NCBI GenBank assembly: GCA_951406725.2
Contig: OX597815.1
Location: 111,104,001 to 111,168,000 of the forward strand
DNA: 64,000 nucleotides
Direction of reading: 5' to 3'
Source: Octopus vulgaris
Taxonomy: Eukaryota
Part shown: piece after piece, positions 13,165 to 24,622 of the stretch
Numbering within the stretch: position 1 is the stretch's first letter
Layout of the letters: each line of letters opens with the position of its first letter
Made by a program: the position numbers and the translations under genes
The notes under the pieces: model-generated
The model's input: the letters and a program-made list of their open reading frames with translations, nothing else
The model's database searches: none
Told to the model about the DNA's origin: nothing

Positions 13165-14411
13165 CAAGGGCTGTTCATTAAAGATTTCCCCTTACCCACT
13201 TCCCAAGGATTGGGATAAACGAAACTTGGCATAATCATAGCCATCGCCAATGGTGACATACTTCTCCCATCACCTTATGCAGCCGTGAAGACCTCGTCCG
13301 TAGAAGTCAGTAGGTTGCGTCTGGAGGCAAGACTTTACCTCGAAATTAAGTTCATCATCATCCGAAAAGTGCTTCCCCTTCAAGAAAGACTTCATGGTTA
13401 GAAAGCTGTAGAAGTCAGATGGTGCAAAGTCGGGAGACTAGCGGGTTTGAAGAAGGATTTCATATGCGCATGAATGTACTTTCATCTGAGCAACATGCGT
13501 ATTGTGAACAGGGCGTTGTTTTGGAGGAGGAGGACTACTTTGGCCAGCATGCTACGGCTCTCGCTTTGATGGCGCCCCGCAATTTCTGCAGCAGAGAAGC
13601 ATAATATGCCCCGTTAATTGTAGTGACGTTTGCCAGAAGCTCTATCAGCACTACTCCACGCAGATCCACTTTGGCTGCTGAGGATTCAACACGAGCCTTC
13701 TTCGGCGGTGGTGAGTTATCATGCTCCCATTGCTTCGACTAGACCTTAGTCTCAGAAACATAGTGATGGACCCATGTTTCATCCTGTGTGATAAGTCTGT
13801 TGAAAAATTCCTCCTCGTTTTCTTGGCACATTACTAAATGATCCTGGGAACAATTGATTCGTTTCTGCTTCTGAAAATGTGTGAGCATCTGGGATATCCA
13901 TTGTGCAGACAACTTCCGCATGTGCAAATGGTTGTGAATGATTTTTTCCACGGACCTACACTTATTTTCATTTCTTGGGTTAGTTGCCTAATAGTTATGC
14001 GGCGATCCTCCAAAATCGCAGCTTCCACTTTATAGATGGTGTCGCCATTAATGGCGGAATGTGGTCGTCCAAGAATAGGAACAGTTTTCATCGACGTCCG
14101 ACCACATTTGAACCGGCGATGCCAGTGCTTGACAACGTCGTATGATAGTGCATCGTCCCAATAAACTTCTTTCATCTCATCGAAAGTCTCTTTCGGTATA
14201 CGATCTTTCAAGTAAAAGAACTTGATAACTTACCTGCATTCAACTACTTCTGTTATAACTCCTTAGTCCATTTCAGCAGCCATAAAACCCAAATGATTAC
14301 TAGTGGAAAGCTGCAATTTACAGTGCGACATGTATAATTATACCTGTACAAGTTCCGTTTCCTGTAACACTAGGAAGTGTGTCAGGGAAAATCTTTAATG
14401 ACCACCCCTCG
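13165..14411 (-). mobile_element. Full-length but inactivated mariner (DD34D-type) transposon inserted in a (TACA)n tract
   Basis: TIRs caagggctgttcattaaagatttcccct / agggaaaatctttaatgaccacccctcg; ORFs 13834-14211 (HTH: VKHWHRRFKCGR...GRP...DRRITIRQL) and 13739-13951 (RLITQDETWVHHY); SPDFAPSDF at ~13411-13437; frameshifts. Confidence 0.95.
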
Positions 14412-15558
14412 AACATGCATATGTACATACCTCGAGACATACATACATACATACATACATACATACAGACAGACAGACAGACATACAGACGCACGGCAAT
14501 TGCTAAACGACGGTAGGAAATGTAAGTATATAAAGCTAATGTTGAAAAGTAAAGAGAACAACATCCTACGAGTCGGAAGTGAGCGCCTTTAGAAGTACAC
14601 TTTTCCTGATGACCTCCTACACAATCCCAAAATAATTCAACAAACATACCTCAAAGCAGAGTTGGATGTGAAACGCGTAACATACCAAAAAATAAAAAAA
14701 AGAAGCACGGATTTGTTTCCCGAACACTTGAAGATGACACTAATATACAGAGGAAATGCAGCCTTTCTTGGACTCGCTATTGCTACATCACACTTCGAAT
14801 GCTATGCGTTTGCAATCCAAGGTCTGCTGGTTTCTACAAAATATCAGATAAACAAAGGCGGTATTTAAGCTCTCTGAGCTACAAAATACAAACAAAATAT
14901 GGCGATTACGTTACGTTTCTGTGGAAGATAATAGACATGATTAGCAACTATCAAAAATACTACACTGAATGCCACATGATGTTGTCGATAAAAAAATATA
15001 CAATGCCACTCCACTTTGTAATTCTTTACCAACATAAACATCAATACAAGGAATATTGGCGTAACAGTCAGCAAAAATTCTACCAAGTGCATAGTTAATA
15101 TGTTAGATATGGTAAAATCAAAGAGAAAGAGGATAAATAGGGATAACCACTTCGAAACCTTTAGCTTTTATATCGTGATTATGAATTAATATTTAAACCA
15201 ATAATGATTGATGCACATTGTTTTGTTTATAATTTTCAAAATGAGAATCTGAAAAACAAGGGCTTTCAGAAAAATAAGTCAACCAGCTGACACACACATT
15301 ACAATTGCAGTCTTTAAGCCGAAAAGTAAAACTGGGCATAAAGTTCTGAAGATCAACACCTAATATATTATGTTAGTTATTTAGAGTATAAAGATGAAGC
15401 TTTGTATCTATATCAGAAACTAGATTCTTCTTATCAGAAAACTTTACATAATTAAAAACAGAAGAGGACATACATACACACATCTATATAGATTGCAATG
15501 TTAGACTTGTAAATTATACAAAAATATATTAAACCTAGTACCAATATTATCTGATATA

Positions 15559-15752
15559 GAAGCGGCGAGCTGGCAGAATCGTTAGCACGCCGCACAAAAA
15601 GCTGAGCGGTATTTCGTCCATGTTTACATTCTGAATTCAAATTCCGCCGAGGTCGAACTTGCTTTTCAATAAAATAAAAACTAGTTGAACACTGGAGTCG
15701 ATGCAATCGACTTACTCCGAACCTGCTGACTTTGTATCGAAATTTGAAACCG
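15559..15752 (+). mobile_element. tRNA-derived SINE (family of 23819-24385) with ~15-bp TSD
   Basis: 'ggcgagctggcagaatcgttagcacgccg...gaattcaaattccgccgaggtcg'; TSD atattatc(t/a)gatata at 15544-15558 and 15753-15767. Confidence 0.88.
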
Positions 15753-16168
15753 ATATTATCAGATATAAAATGAAATACGAGTGATACAATAGTTGGATAT
15801 ATTTATTATATCAAATATTGAATGCCTACCTTGAGTTTTGTTCTCGAATGATTACATTTCTAGGGTTGAAAAAGGGATTTTCAGTATCTATGATATTCCG
15901 TAGGTATTGAATATATCTTGATGGGTAGCATGGTAAATGTCATTATGGAACACAATTTAAAAGACATGGCTTATATTAAAACCAGTGTTATGTGAGTGTG
16001 TATATGCGTATAGTCAGTCCTACTATCTCATGAGCTTTTAGGAATATATATCTATCTTTCTATCTATCCATCCATCTAGCTGTCTGTCTATGTCTCCGTC
16101 TTTCTGTCTGTCTGCCTCTCGCTCTTTCTCCCTTTGAATCATTAATCTCTATTAATTTTTCCATCACA

Positions 16169-17960
16169 TGTTAGTCGCTTCATTTAAGTCGCTTGTTGTT
16201 TAATTGTACCTAATTGTCTGCTGTACCAAATTGTTCAATAACTGAAATAGTTGAATTATTGTTCGATGTCTGTTAATTTTTTTCTTCTCTATTTATGGGT
16301 GAAGTCGTTCATAACAATGTTATGGATAGTTAACCAGTTCCAGCAGGCAGTTGCGTTACAGTACCTGGGAAACGTTTGACGGTAGATATCTTGCAAGTAA
16401 GAGAAATTCAACTGGAGGAGACAAATTTTAAGAAACATAATGAATAGTTAAGAAATGAAAGAGACAGCCTGAGGATATTGTGGAAAAGACACAAAGAAGG
16501 ACAGTAATATACAGATCACTGTCTATCGCTACAAACAGAGTTGAAATAGCTGCAGCAGAGGTAGTCGAAGAATGCTTGAAAGAGATTAAAAGCCTCACTA
16601 TGTATTACACCAGAGGCAAGAAATATGGCACAGTGGATGTACACTTCGTGAGTGAACAAAAGGCGATAAAACACTCCTCTGTGCATTTGAGATCTACAGA
16701 GTCGTTACTACTGCCAACCTACTATGGGAAACGTGCGGCCAGAGATAAGATTGTTAGAATGCACTCCCCCCCCCCCGAGATAGACGAGGCGTGGCTGGTG
16801 GCAGCAAGCCTGTATAAAACTGCGGAGGAAACTAACATACTTAAAATTACAAGAACAACATAAGTAAAATGCTGGGGATACGGCTTTGAGGTGACGGTCC
16901 ATGTAAGGTTCCCAGACCTCCACAATATTTCAGAGGAATTAATGTTGCGTGACGAGACGAAGCTGTGAGTTGTCGTGGGGGAAAACTTCTCATATGTTTT
17001 CAGTGTGGAGTACGAGGACACATGAAAGCTAAGTGTCCCCAGAAACTCGATGAGGACGTGACGGAGATGGAAAAGCAAAGAGCGATAGAGGTGCAAGGCG
17101 TAGAGTAGCAAAGGCCAGTGGAAATATGGATAAAAGATACACAGTGGTGTAGAGGAAGAAAAGACAAGAAAACGAGGAATCACCATCAAAGAGTTCCATG
17201 AAGAAAAGAAAAGGAAGTGTAGAGGAGAGACAAGGGTTACCAAAAGAAGGGAGTGCGAAAGAGCAGAAAAGAAACGAGATATCAACAAAATCATTCGAGA
17301 AAGAAGAAGAGAGAAAACAGAGATCGATACCAGTAACTAGCATGTAGGAGAATGTAAATGGGCAGGAAAAAAAGAAAGATGGAAATACCAGCAACAGTTG
17401 TGATGGAAATCAGAAAGTAACACCGAAGGAAAAACAATTAAGAATTATAATACAGTACAGAAAAAATGTGGAGGTCGAAAAAGATCACGAAAATGAAAAA
17501 TGTAATTAGTGTGAAGTTAGCGCCTAAACCGTGCAATGGAGGATTTAAAGCAGTGTTGCTTGTGAAAGAGAGAGGTGAAAGATTGAAGAAAATGTTCGGG
17601 GAAATATTAGAGATATCACCGTTACAGTTTTGATTCAATGAATTGCCACCAGTGGCATTTGAGGGCATAACGCACTTTTAAGCATAAAAGAAAGTAAAAA
17701 TTAGAAAATTTGAATTAGTAGTAACGTTACAAAAAGAAGAAAAAAAAAGATACAAAATACAATATTCAACGGAAAAGTTACACGATATACATAAATAGTA
17801 AAATCGAACTGCCTGCATGTGGGGAGCAGGTACGTCATTTCATCTCTTAAATTATTCATAATTTCATCCGTTATATTATTTGTATTCCCCACTGTATTGT
17901 TTTCTCTGTTTTTGTATCGTCCCATCTTTATCAGATGTCTTGTGCCTAGTAAAAGAAATC
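16169..17960 (+). mobile_element. ORF1-only L1/Tx1-like retroelement, unit 1 (pseudogenised)
   Basis: ORF 16480-16863 (RRM-like GTVDVHFVSE), zinc knuckle CFQCGVRGHMKAKC at 16995-17036, K/E-rich tail, 3' UTR ending 'cttgtgcctagtaaaagaaat'; no endonuclease or RT motifs. Confidence 0.75.
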
Positions 17961-19874
17961 AGTTCCAGTTCATGGCAGTTCTTTCGAGTCGTTTGATTCC
18001 TTGTTAGTCGCTTCATGTAAATCGCTTGTTGTTTAATTGTTGAACGTCTACTGTACCTAATTGTTGTATTATTGAAATTGTTGAATTGTTGTTCGTTACC
18101 TGTTCATTTTTATTTTCTCCCCATTTACGGGTGAAGTCGTTAATAACAATGTTATGGAGAGTCAACCAGTTCCAGCAGAATTGTTAAGAAATTACGGAAA
18201 AGACAGAAAGAAGGACAGAAACATACAGAACGCTTTCTATCGCTACAAAATGATTTGAAATAGCTGCACCGCAGGGGTACTCGAATAATGCCTGAATGAA
18301 ATTAAAAGCCTCACTACGTATTACACCAGAGGCAAGAAATGCTAGTGAAGAAGAAACAATAAATCACTCCACTGTGCATTTGAGATCCACTGAGTCATTA
18401 CTACTGCCAATCAACTGTGCCAAACGTGCGGTCAGATTTAGACGAGGCATGGCTGGTAGTAGCCATTCTCTACAGCACAAGAGGAGACTTAAATCCTCAA
18501 AATGTCAAGAACAACAGAAGTAACCTGTTGGGGATAAGGGCTTGAGTTGACGGTCCAAATCAGTTTACCCGTCCTCCACAAAATTGCAGAGACATTAGTG
18601 TTACCGGACGAGACGAAGCTAAGGGTTATAGTGGAGGGAAGACCTCCCATATGATTTCAGTGTGGAGTACGGGGACACATGAAAGCTAAGTGTCCCCAGA
18701 AACACCAAGTGGAGGTGACGGAGATGGAACATCAAGGAGACGTAGAGGTGCAAGACGTAGAGTAGCAAAGGCCAGTGGAAAAGTTTGAAGAAATATGCAC
18801 AGTGGTAAAGAAGAAAAGACAAGAAAATGCGTAATCACCACCAAAGAGTCCCGCGAAGAAAAGAAAAGGAAGTGTAGAGGAGAGACAAGGGTTACCAAAA
18901 GAAGGGAAAGCGAACGAGCAGAAAAGAAACGAGATATCGACAAAATTAAGCGAAAGAGACGAAGAGAGAAAACAGCTACTAGAACAGAGGAGAAAGTAAA
19001 AGAACAAGAAAAAAAAGGAAGATAGAAGAGAAATGACAGCAACATCGAGTGAGAAACAAGCAGATAAAAAAGAGATGGAAACACTAGCAGCAACAGAAGA
19101 GATTAGTGATGGAAATCAGAAAGTAACACCGAAGGGAAAAACAATTAAGAACAGAAAAAATGTAGAAATTGAAAAAAAGATCACGAAAATGAAAAATGTA
19201 ATTAGGGTGAAGTTAGCGCCCAATGTGTACAATGAAGAACTTAAAGTAGTCTCCCTTGTAAAAGAGAGGGATGAAAGGTTGAAGGACTTATTCGGGGAAA
19301 TGATAGATATAACGCTGTTACCGTTTCGATGCGTTGTATTGCCACCAGTGATGGCATTTGAGGAATACAATGAATGGTTAAGAAAGGAAAGAAACAGCCT
19401 GAGGATGACTCCGTCCAAAGAAATTATCGAAAAGACGTAAAGAAAGGCAGAAATATACAGAACGCTGTCTATCACTGCAAAAAGAGTTGAAATAGTTGCG
19501 GCCCAGAGGTACTTGAAGAATGCCTGAAAGAGATTAAAAGCCTCACTACGTATAACACCAGAGGCAAGAAATATGGCACAGTGGATGTATGCTTCGCTAG
19601 CGAAGAAGAAACGATGAATCACTCCACTGTGCCTTTGAGACCCACTGAAAAATAAAGGTAAAAAAAGATTCAAAATAGAATATTGAACCGAAAAGTTAAA
19701 TTATGTATATAAACAGTAAAATGGAACCGCTTGCGGGTGGGGGGGCGTAAGTCATTTAATCTCATTTATCATTTATTCATACTTTCATCCGTTATGTTTT
19801 GTGTACCCCACATTATTGTTTTGTCTGTCTTTGTATCGTCCTATATAAGAAGTCTTGTGCCTAATAAAAGAAAT
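17961..19874 (+). mobile_element. ORF1-only L1/Tx1-like retroelement, unit 2 (rearranged)
   Basis: Collinear with unit 1; VEGRPPI*FQCGVRGHMKAKCP with knuckle at 18652-18693; extra copy of the ORF1 5' segment at ~19363-19648; ends 'cttgtgcctaataaaagaaat'. Confidence 0.75.
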
Positions 19875-20515
19875 GAGTTCTTGCCAGTGCCTTCGAGTAG
19901 TTTTCGTGTTAGTCATTTCATATAATCGTTTGTTATTTAATCGTTGAAGGTCTACTGTATTTAATTGCTGAAGTATCGAAATTGTTGAATTGTTGTCCGT
20001 TACCTGTTAACCTTGTTCTCTTCCCCATTTATGGGTGAAGTCGTTAATAGCAATGTTATGGAGAGTCAACCAGTTCCAGCAGGCAGTTACGTTGCAGTAA
20101 CCGAGAAAACTTTGCCGGGAGATATCTTGAAAGTAAGAGAAATTCAACTGGAGGAGAGAAATTTTAAGAAATACAATGAATTGTCAAGAAAGGAAGGAAA
20201 CAGTCTGAGGCTGACGCCGTCCAAGGAAATTATGGAAAAGACAGAAAGGACAGTAATGTACAGAATTACAAATGACTTTACAATAAAGAAGATAAAAAAG
20301 ATACAAAACAGAATATTGAACCGAAAGTTAAACGATATACATAAACAGTGAAATCGAAGTGCCTGCTTGTAGAGGGCAGGTAAGTCATTTCAACTTATTT
20401 ATCATTTATTCATAATGTCATCCGTTATATATTTTGTGCACCACACTGTATTGTTTTGTCTGTCTTTGTACTGTCCACTCTTTATAAGACGCCTTGTGCC
20501 GAATAAAGAAATCAG
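19875..20515 (+). mobile_element. ORF1-only L1/Tx1-like retroelement, unit 3 (large internal deletion)
   Basis: Same 5' leader and ORF start (MGEVVNSNVMESQPVPAGS), jumps at ~20265 to the 3' UTR; ends 'ccttgtgccgaataaagaaat'. Confidence 0.75.
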
Positions 20516-20673
20516 TCCGTAATAGTTCCACTGTTCATTATGTTGATAGTTCGAAGCTGGAATTCAAAGTTTACTGTTCGAGTTAGCGTGCTGGATAGTT
20601 GGTTCTCAAAAAATTGCTGTTTCGTCCCGTGTGGTTACTGCTATTTATTTCGATTATATTATTACACTGTCTC

Positions 20674-20880
20674 AGTTCTATATCTTTGAGATGAGGAATT
20701 TTGTACATTATTTACATTATTTACATTTGACGCATATGTGTCCTCATCTTGTTTGTTGTTACCACAACGTTTCGGCTGGTTTACACACCAGCCTTCATCA
20801 TGTGTCCTGCTAGAATTTCGAATCCAACCATGGGTTCTCATTCCTAAGGTATTTTTTGCTGATATTATTATTATTATCAT
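20674..20880 (-). mobile_element. Hammerhead-bearing SINE, 3' part including full tail
   Basis: Reverse complement reads gacac-aTGATGA-a-ggctggt(gtgtaa)accagcc-GAAACGTT-gtggt; homologous to 21033-21315 and 45679-45992. Confidence 0.8.
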
Positions 20881-21032
20881 TAAAGTTAAAATAAAAAGAG
20901 TCAAAATAAAATCAAAATAAAACGAGTGCCATTGTTATATAGTGAACGATATTTCGACATCTTGTGTGTCTTCAACCGGTTCAAAAATTAAATTTGTCAA
21001 TCTACTTCATTTTGGTTAATATATAAAGAATT

Positions 21033-21109
21033 GCGGTAACTCCTCCTGGTTAAGAGCATGGCTACTAACCCCAAGATTGCAAGTTCAATTCCAGGTAGTG
21101 CCTTGAAGA

Positions 21110-21161
<52 letters not shown>

Positions 21162-21315
21162 TCAGCAAAAAACTACCTTAGAAATGAGAACCAAGGCTTG
21201 GTTTGGAAATTCTACCAGGACACCTGATGATGGCTAGGGAATAAACCAGCCGAAACGCTGTGGGAACAACAAACAAGATGAGGATACATATCCGTCCAAT
21301 ATAAATAATGTACAC
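21033..21315 (+). mobile_element. tRNA-headed SINE with (AAT)n linker and hammerhead-like 3' domain
   Basis: Head 'tggttaagagcatggctactaaccccaagattgcaagttcaattccagg' (B-box-like gttcaattcc), (AAT)n ~21110-21158, hammerhead motif at 21219-21264. Confidence 0.82.
21219..21264 (+). ncRNA. Minimal type I hammerhead ribozyme motif (PLE-type, degenerate in this copy)
   Basis: gacac-CTGATGA-t-ggctag(ggaataaa)ccagcc-GAAA-cgct-gtggg. Core CUGAUGA/GAAA and stem II are present; U16.1 is C here but T in the other two copies. Confidence 0.65.
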
Positions 21316-22215
21316 AGTTGTAGTGTATTCGTTCATGCATAAGGATATAACAGTATTCATGCGCATTGTGTACTGTATATAAAGCAATGGCCGTTTATTG
21401 GAGAAGTTCTTTATTTGTTTCTACTGTTAGCTATTTTAAGCCTTTCCAGTAAAGTTAGACATTTATCTTTTCATGTTTGTGAAATTAACTAGATGTATCT
21501 TGTGCGAGAGTCCGTCGGATAGTTTCTAACTGGAATTCTAAGGTCCAAACTTCTCACATATCTTTCACGCTTATTTAGCATAGAAATCATCTTAAGGATA
21601 CACGTTTCTCTGGAATACACTAGTATCTTCATGCACATTAATCTAACAAATAACCAGAGTTAAATCTATTCTAATACCAAATATTCGACGTTGAACATGC
21701 CGGGGTCATATTAACAATACAGTTTAGCACTGAAAATGAGCAACTGTTGCACAAGATAGAAATAATGTAAGCCTAAAATGTTTTATGCCCAGCCTGAAAT
21801 ATTGGTTTCGCAATCATGCACGGAGAATGAAGCTCCAACGGAGAAAATCCTAACGAAGGTTTTAAAGGTGTTTGAGAATGTATTTTAAAGAAAACCACGA
21901 GAGGGAAACAGTGAAATAATTATATTTGCGAACCTTCCTTCCTTCCGTTCCTCCCTCCTTCTTCCCTTCTTTCCTTCGTTCTTTCCTTTGTTCATCGTTA
22001 GTTTGTTCGTTCGTTCGTTTGTTCCTTCCTTCATTCTTTTCTTCCCTGAACATCAGCTCTCTATAATTTATTTCATGGTGGATATTTTGCTTGTGGCTTT
22101 CAACTTGCAACTATTCAAAAGGAATGTTAACACGTTGGTTCCAGAAGCTGTGTAAATCTAAGGGGTATAACCCACTATCTTCAGACAAAACAAATAATCC
22201 TCTGAAAGAAAGCAC

Positions 22216-22781
22216 TAGTTATATAGATGTTTTTCGATCTAATTTGGATTCTTTGCCATCAAATTTGAATTCTTTGCAATCAAATTTTAATTATTCAATT
22301 GGTGCTCAAGCTTTGAAAAAAATGAGTTAAACTACATCAGCCGTAAGGGAACACATGTCTATCTTATCTAACTCGTCCAGTAGAGCCCACCAATTGATAT
22401 CTGAAAGGTTCGATGAAATAACTCATGAACACTGCGATAGCTTCTACCAAAAGATGCTCCGATATGTCGTCCGGTCTGAACAAGGGGAGATAATAGAAAA
22501 AGAATCATTCGTTTATTATCTCCCCTTGTTCAGACCGCTCGACACAACGGAGCCACTTTTGGTAGAAGCTATCGCAGTGTTCATGAGTTATTTCATCGAA
22601 CTTTTCAGATATCAATTGATGGGCTCTATTGGAGGAGTTAGATAAGATAGACATGTATTCCCTTACTGCTGATGTAGTTTAACTCTTTTTTTTTCAAGGC
22701 TTGAGCGCCAATTGAAAAATTAAAATTTGATGGCTAAGTATCCAAACTAGATCGAAAACATCTATAACTGTTTCAACACTG
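22216..22781. mobile_element. Foldback/palindromic MITE (~270-bp arms), possibly hAT-type
   Basis: Arms 22217-~22495 and ~22514-22769 are near-perfect reverse complements (e.g. ggtctgaacaaggggagataata / tattatctccccttgttcagacc); right end reads CAGTGTTG on the minus strand; candidate 8-bp TSD gaaagcac (22208-22215) / gtaagcac (22782-22789). Confidence 0.85.
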
Positions 22782-23818
22782 GTAAGCACTATGAAACAGG
22801 CCTAGGATGAGAGACTTACTAACTTAGCTTCTAAGTGCAACTACGACCCCATTGTGTTGTCAAACTTTTATGCGAAAAACGGTAACTTGTAGAATGATGC
22901 TTATTTAGCTGCTAGTTCAAGCAGTTCTATAACTAATTATCTCCTATATCTGATATAGATATGTATGGTTAAGTAATACTTTACAATGCGAACAAAACTA
23001 TTTTATCAAGAAAGCAGTGTAAAATATATTTTCATTTAAATGACTAATCTGATACATATGTGTAAAAAGTATGATAACTGAAGTATATTTTTGTCTTATA
23101 TCTCAAGTAAGTTTTGCACCAGTGAAGGTTACCCAATATTTGAAAACTTGAATATTTAAAACATGAATCTACTCTATGGCAGGAGGTCTTAAATTATATT
23201 TTGAGAGGGGCAGGACATTTACAACTGCGCCTTCTCTATATGTATTTGCTTTAATTATTCGAAGGCTGTGGATGGTTATATTTCTGTTGAATAAACAACG
23301 TTTTATGCCGAAAGGAGTTGAGTTAAATATATTTGGAGAAGGTTAATGATACTGAGGGTTGTCATTTGAACAGGAGTGGTTATTAAAGACACATTTAGAT
23401 AATTAATGACGGAAAATAATACCGTAGGAGAGATAACTACATTACTAAATATGTATGTCTGAAAGCATTGAAGAGAGACATTAAATAACTTTACAAGCAA
23501 CTAATTACACAGTGAGATAGTGATATAATAACGAGAAAAACGTACAAAATGAAGGTAGTCAATTTCGTCAATATGATCACATTCCACATATGACTGAATG
23601 TTTATCTATGTAAAGAGAAATAAGTTCACAGTGGTTACTGAAATTATAGGAAGTATGAATATCATTCTGCCAGAAGCTTTATGGAACATGGGTGATAAAA
23701 TCGAAAACACCTAAATAACATAATTACATACATGTAAACACACAAACACGGACACATGTAAGTATGCATTTGTCTCTACAAACAACATACATTGTGTACT
23801 CAATGGTACATGTTGGTA

Positions 23819-24385
23819 AGGTGGCGAGCTGGCAGAAACGTTAGCACGCCGGGTGAAATGCTTAGCGGTATTTCGTCTGTCGTTACGTTCTGAGTTCAAA
23901 TTCCGCTGAGGTCGACTTTGCCTTTCATCCTTTCGGGGTCGATAAACTAAGTACCAGTTACGCACTGGGATCGATATAATCGACTTAATCTGTTTGTCTG
24001 TCCTTGTTTGTCACCTCTATGTTTAGTTCCTTGTGGGTAGTAAAGAAATAGGTATTTCGTCTGTCGTTACGTTCTGAGTTTAAATTCCGCCGAGGTCGAC
24101 TCTGCCTTTCATCCTTTTGGGGTCGATTAAATAAGTACCAATTACGCACTGGGGTCGATATAATCGACACAATCCGTTTGTCTGTACTTGCTTTGTCCTC
24201 TCTGTGTTTAGCCCCTTGTGGGTAGTAAAAAAAAAGGTATTTCATCTGTCTTTACGTACTGAGTTCAAATTCCTCCGAGGTCGTCTTTGCCTTTCATCCT
24301 TTCGGAGTCGACTAATTAAGTACCAGCTGCGTACTGGGGTTGATCTAATCGACTGGCTTTCGGGTCTTGTTGCTAGAGTAGAAAA
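23819..24385 (+). mobile_element. Trimeric tRNA-derived SINE array (~183-bp units)
   Basis: One head (23819-23867), then units starting 'ggtatttc' at 23868, 24051 and 24236, each with 'gagttcaaattcc...gcctttcatcctttcggggtcga...aagtacca'. Confidence 0.9.
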
Positions 24386-24558
24386 TAATGGTACAGGTTT
24401 GTCTGAAAATTTGTACCTTTGTTTCTATCCTTTATTCTAAATACGTCATTTGTTTTTGTTCAGAATTAATTAAGATATTTTAATTTAGCGCTAGTGGCAC
24501 AGAATTTCATTAGGTAAATGGGATTTCGAGTTAGAACAACTGAAGCACTGAGTAATGA

Positions 24559-24621
<63 letters not shown>

Positions 24622-24622
<1 letters not shown>

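Noticed and set aside
16480-19440. Host zinc-knuckle gene family or LTR gag
   Set aside because: No introns, LTRs, primer-binding site or pol; units end in a polyA-signal-like tail and are riddled with stops, which fits a non-LTR ORF1-only element better
22355-22645. 96-aa ORF across the palindrome
   Set aside because: Lies within the foldback arms with no recognisable domain; likely a chance ORF
23868-24385. Regularly spaced repeats as a CRISPR-like array
   Set aside because: Whole ~183-bp units are homologous with no unique spacers; eukaryotic SINE context and no cas genes
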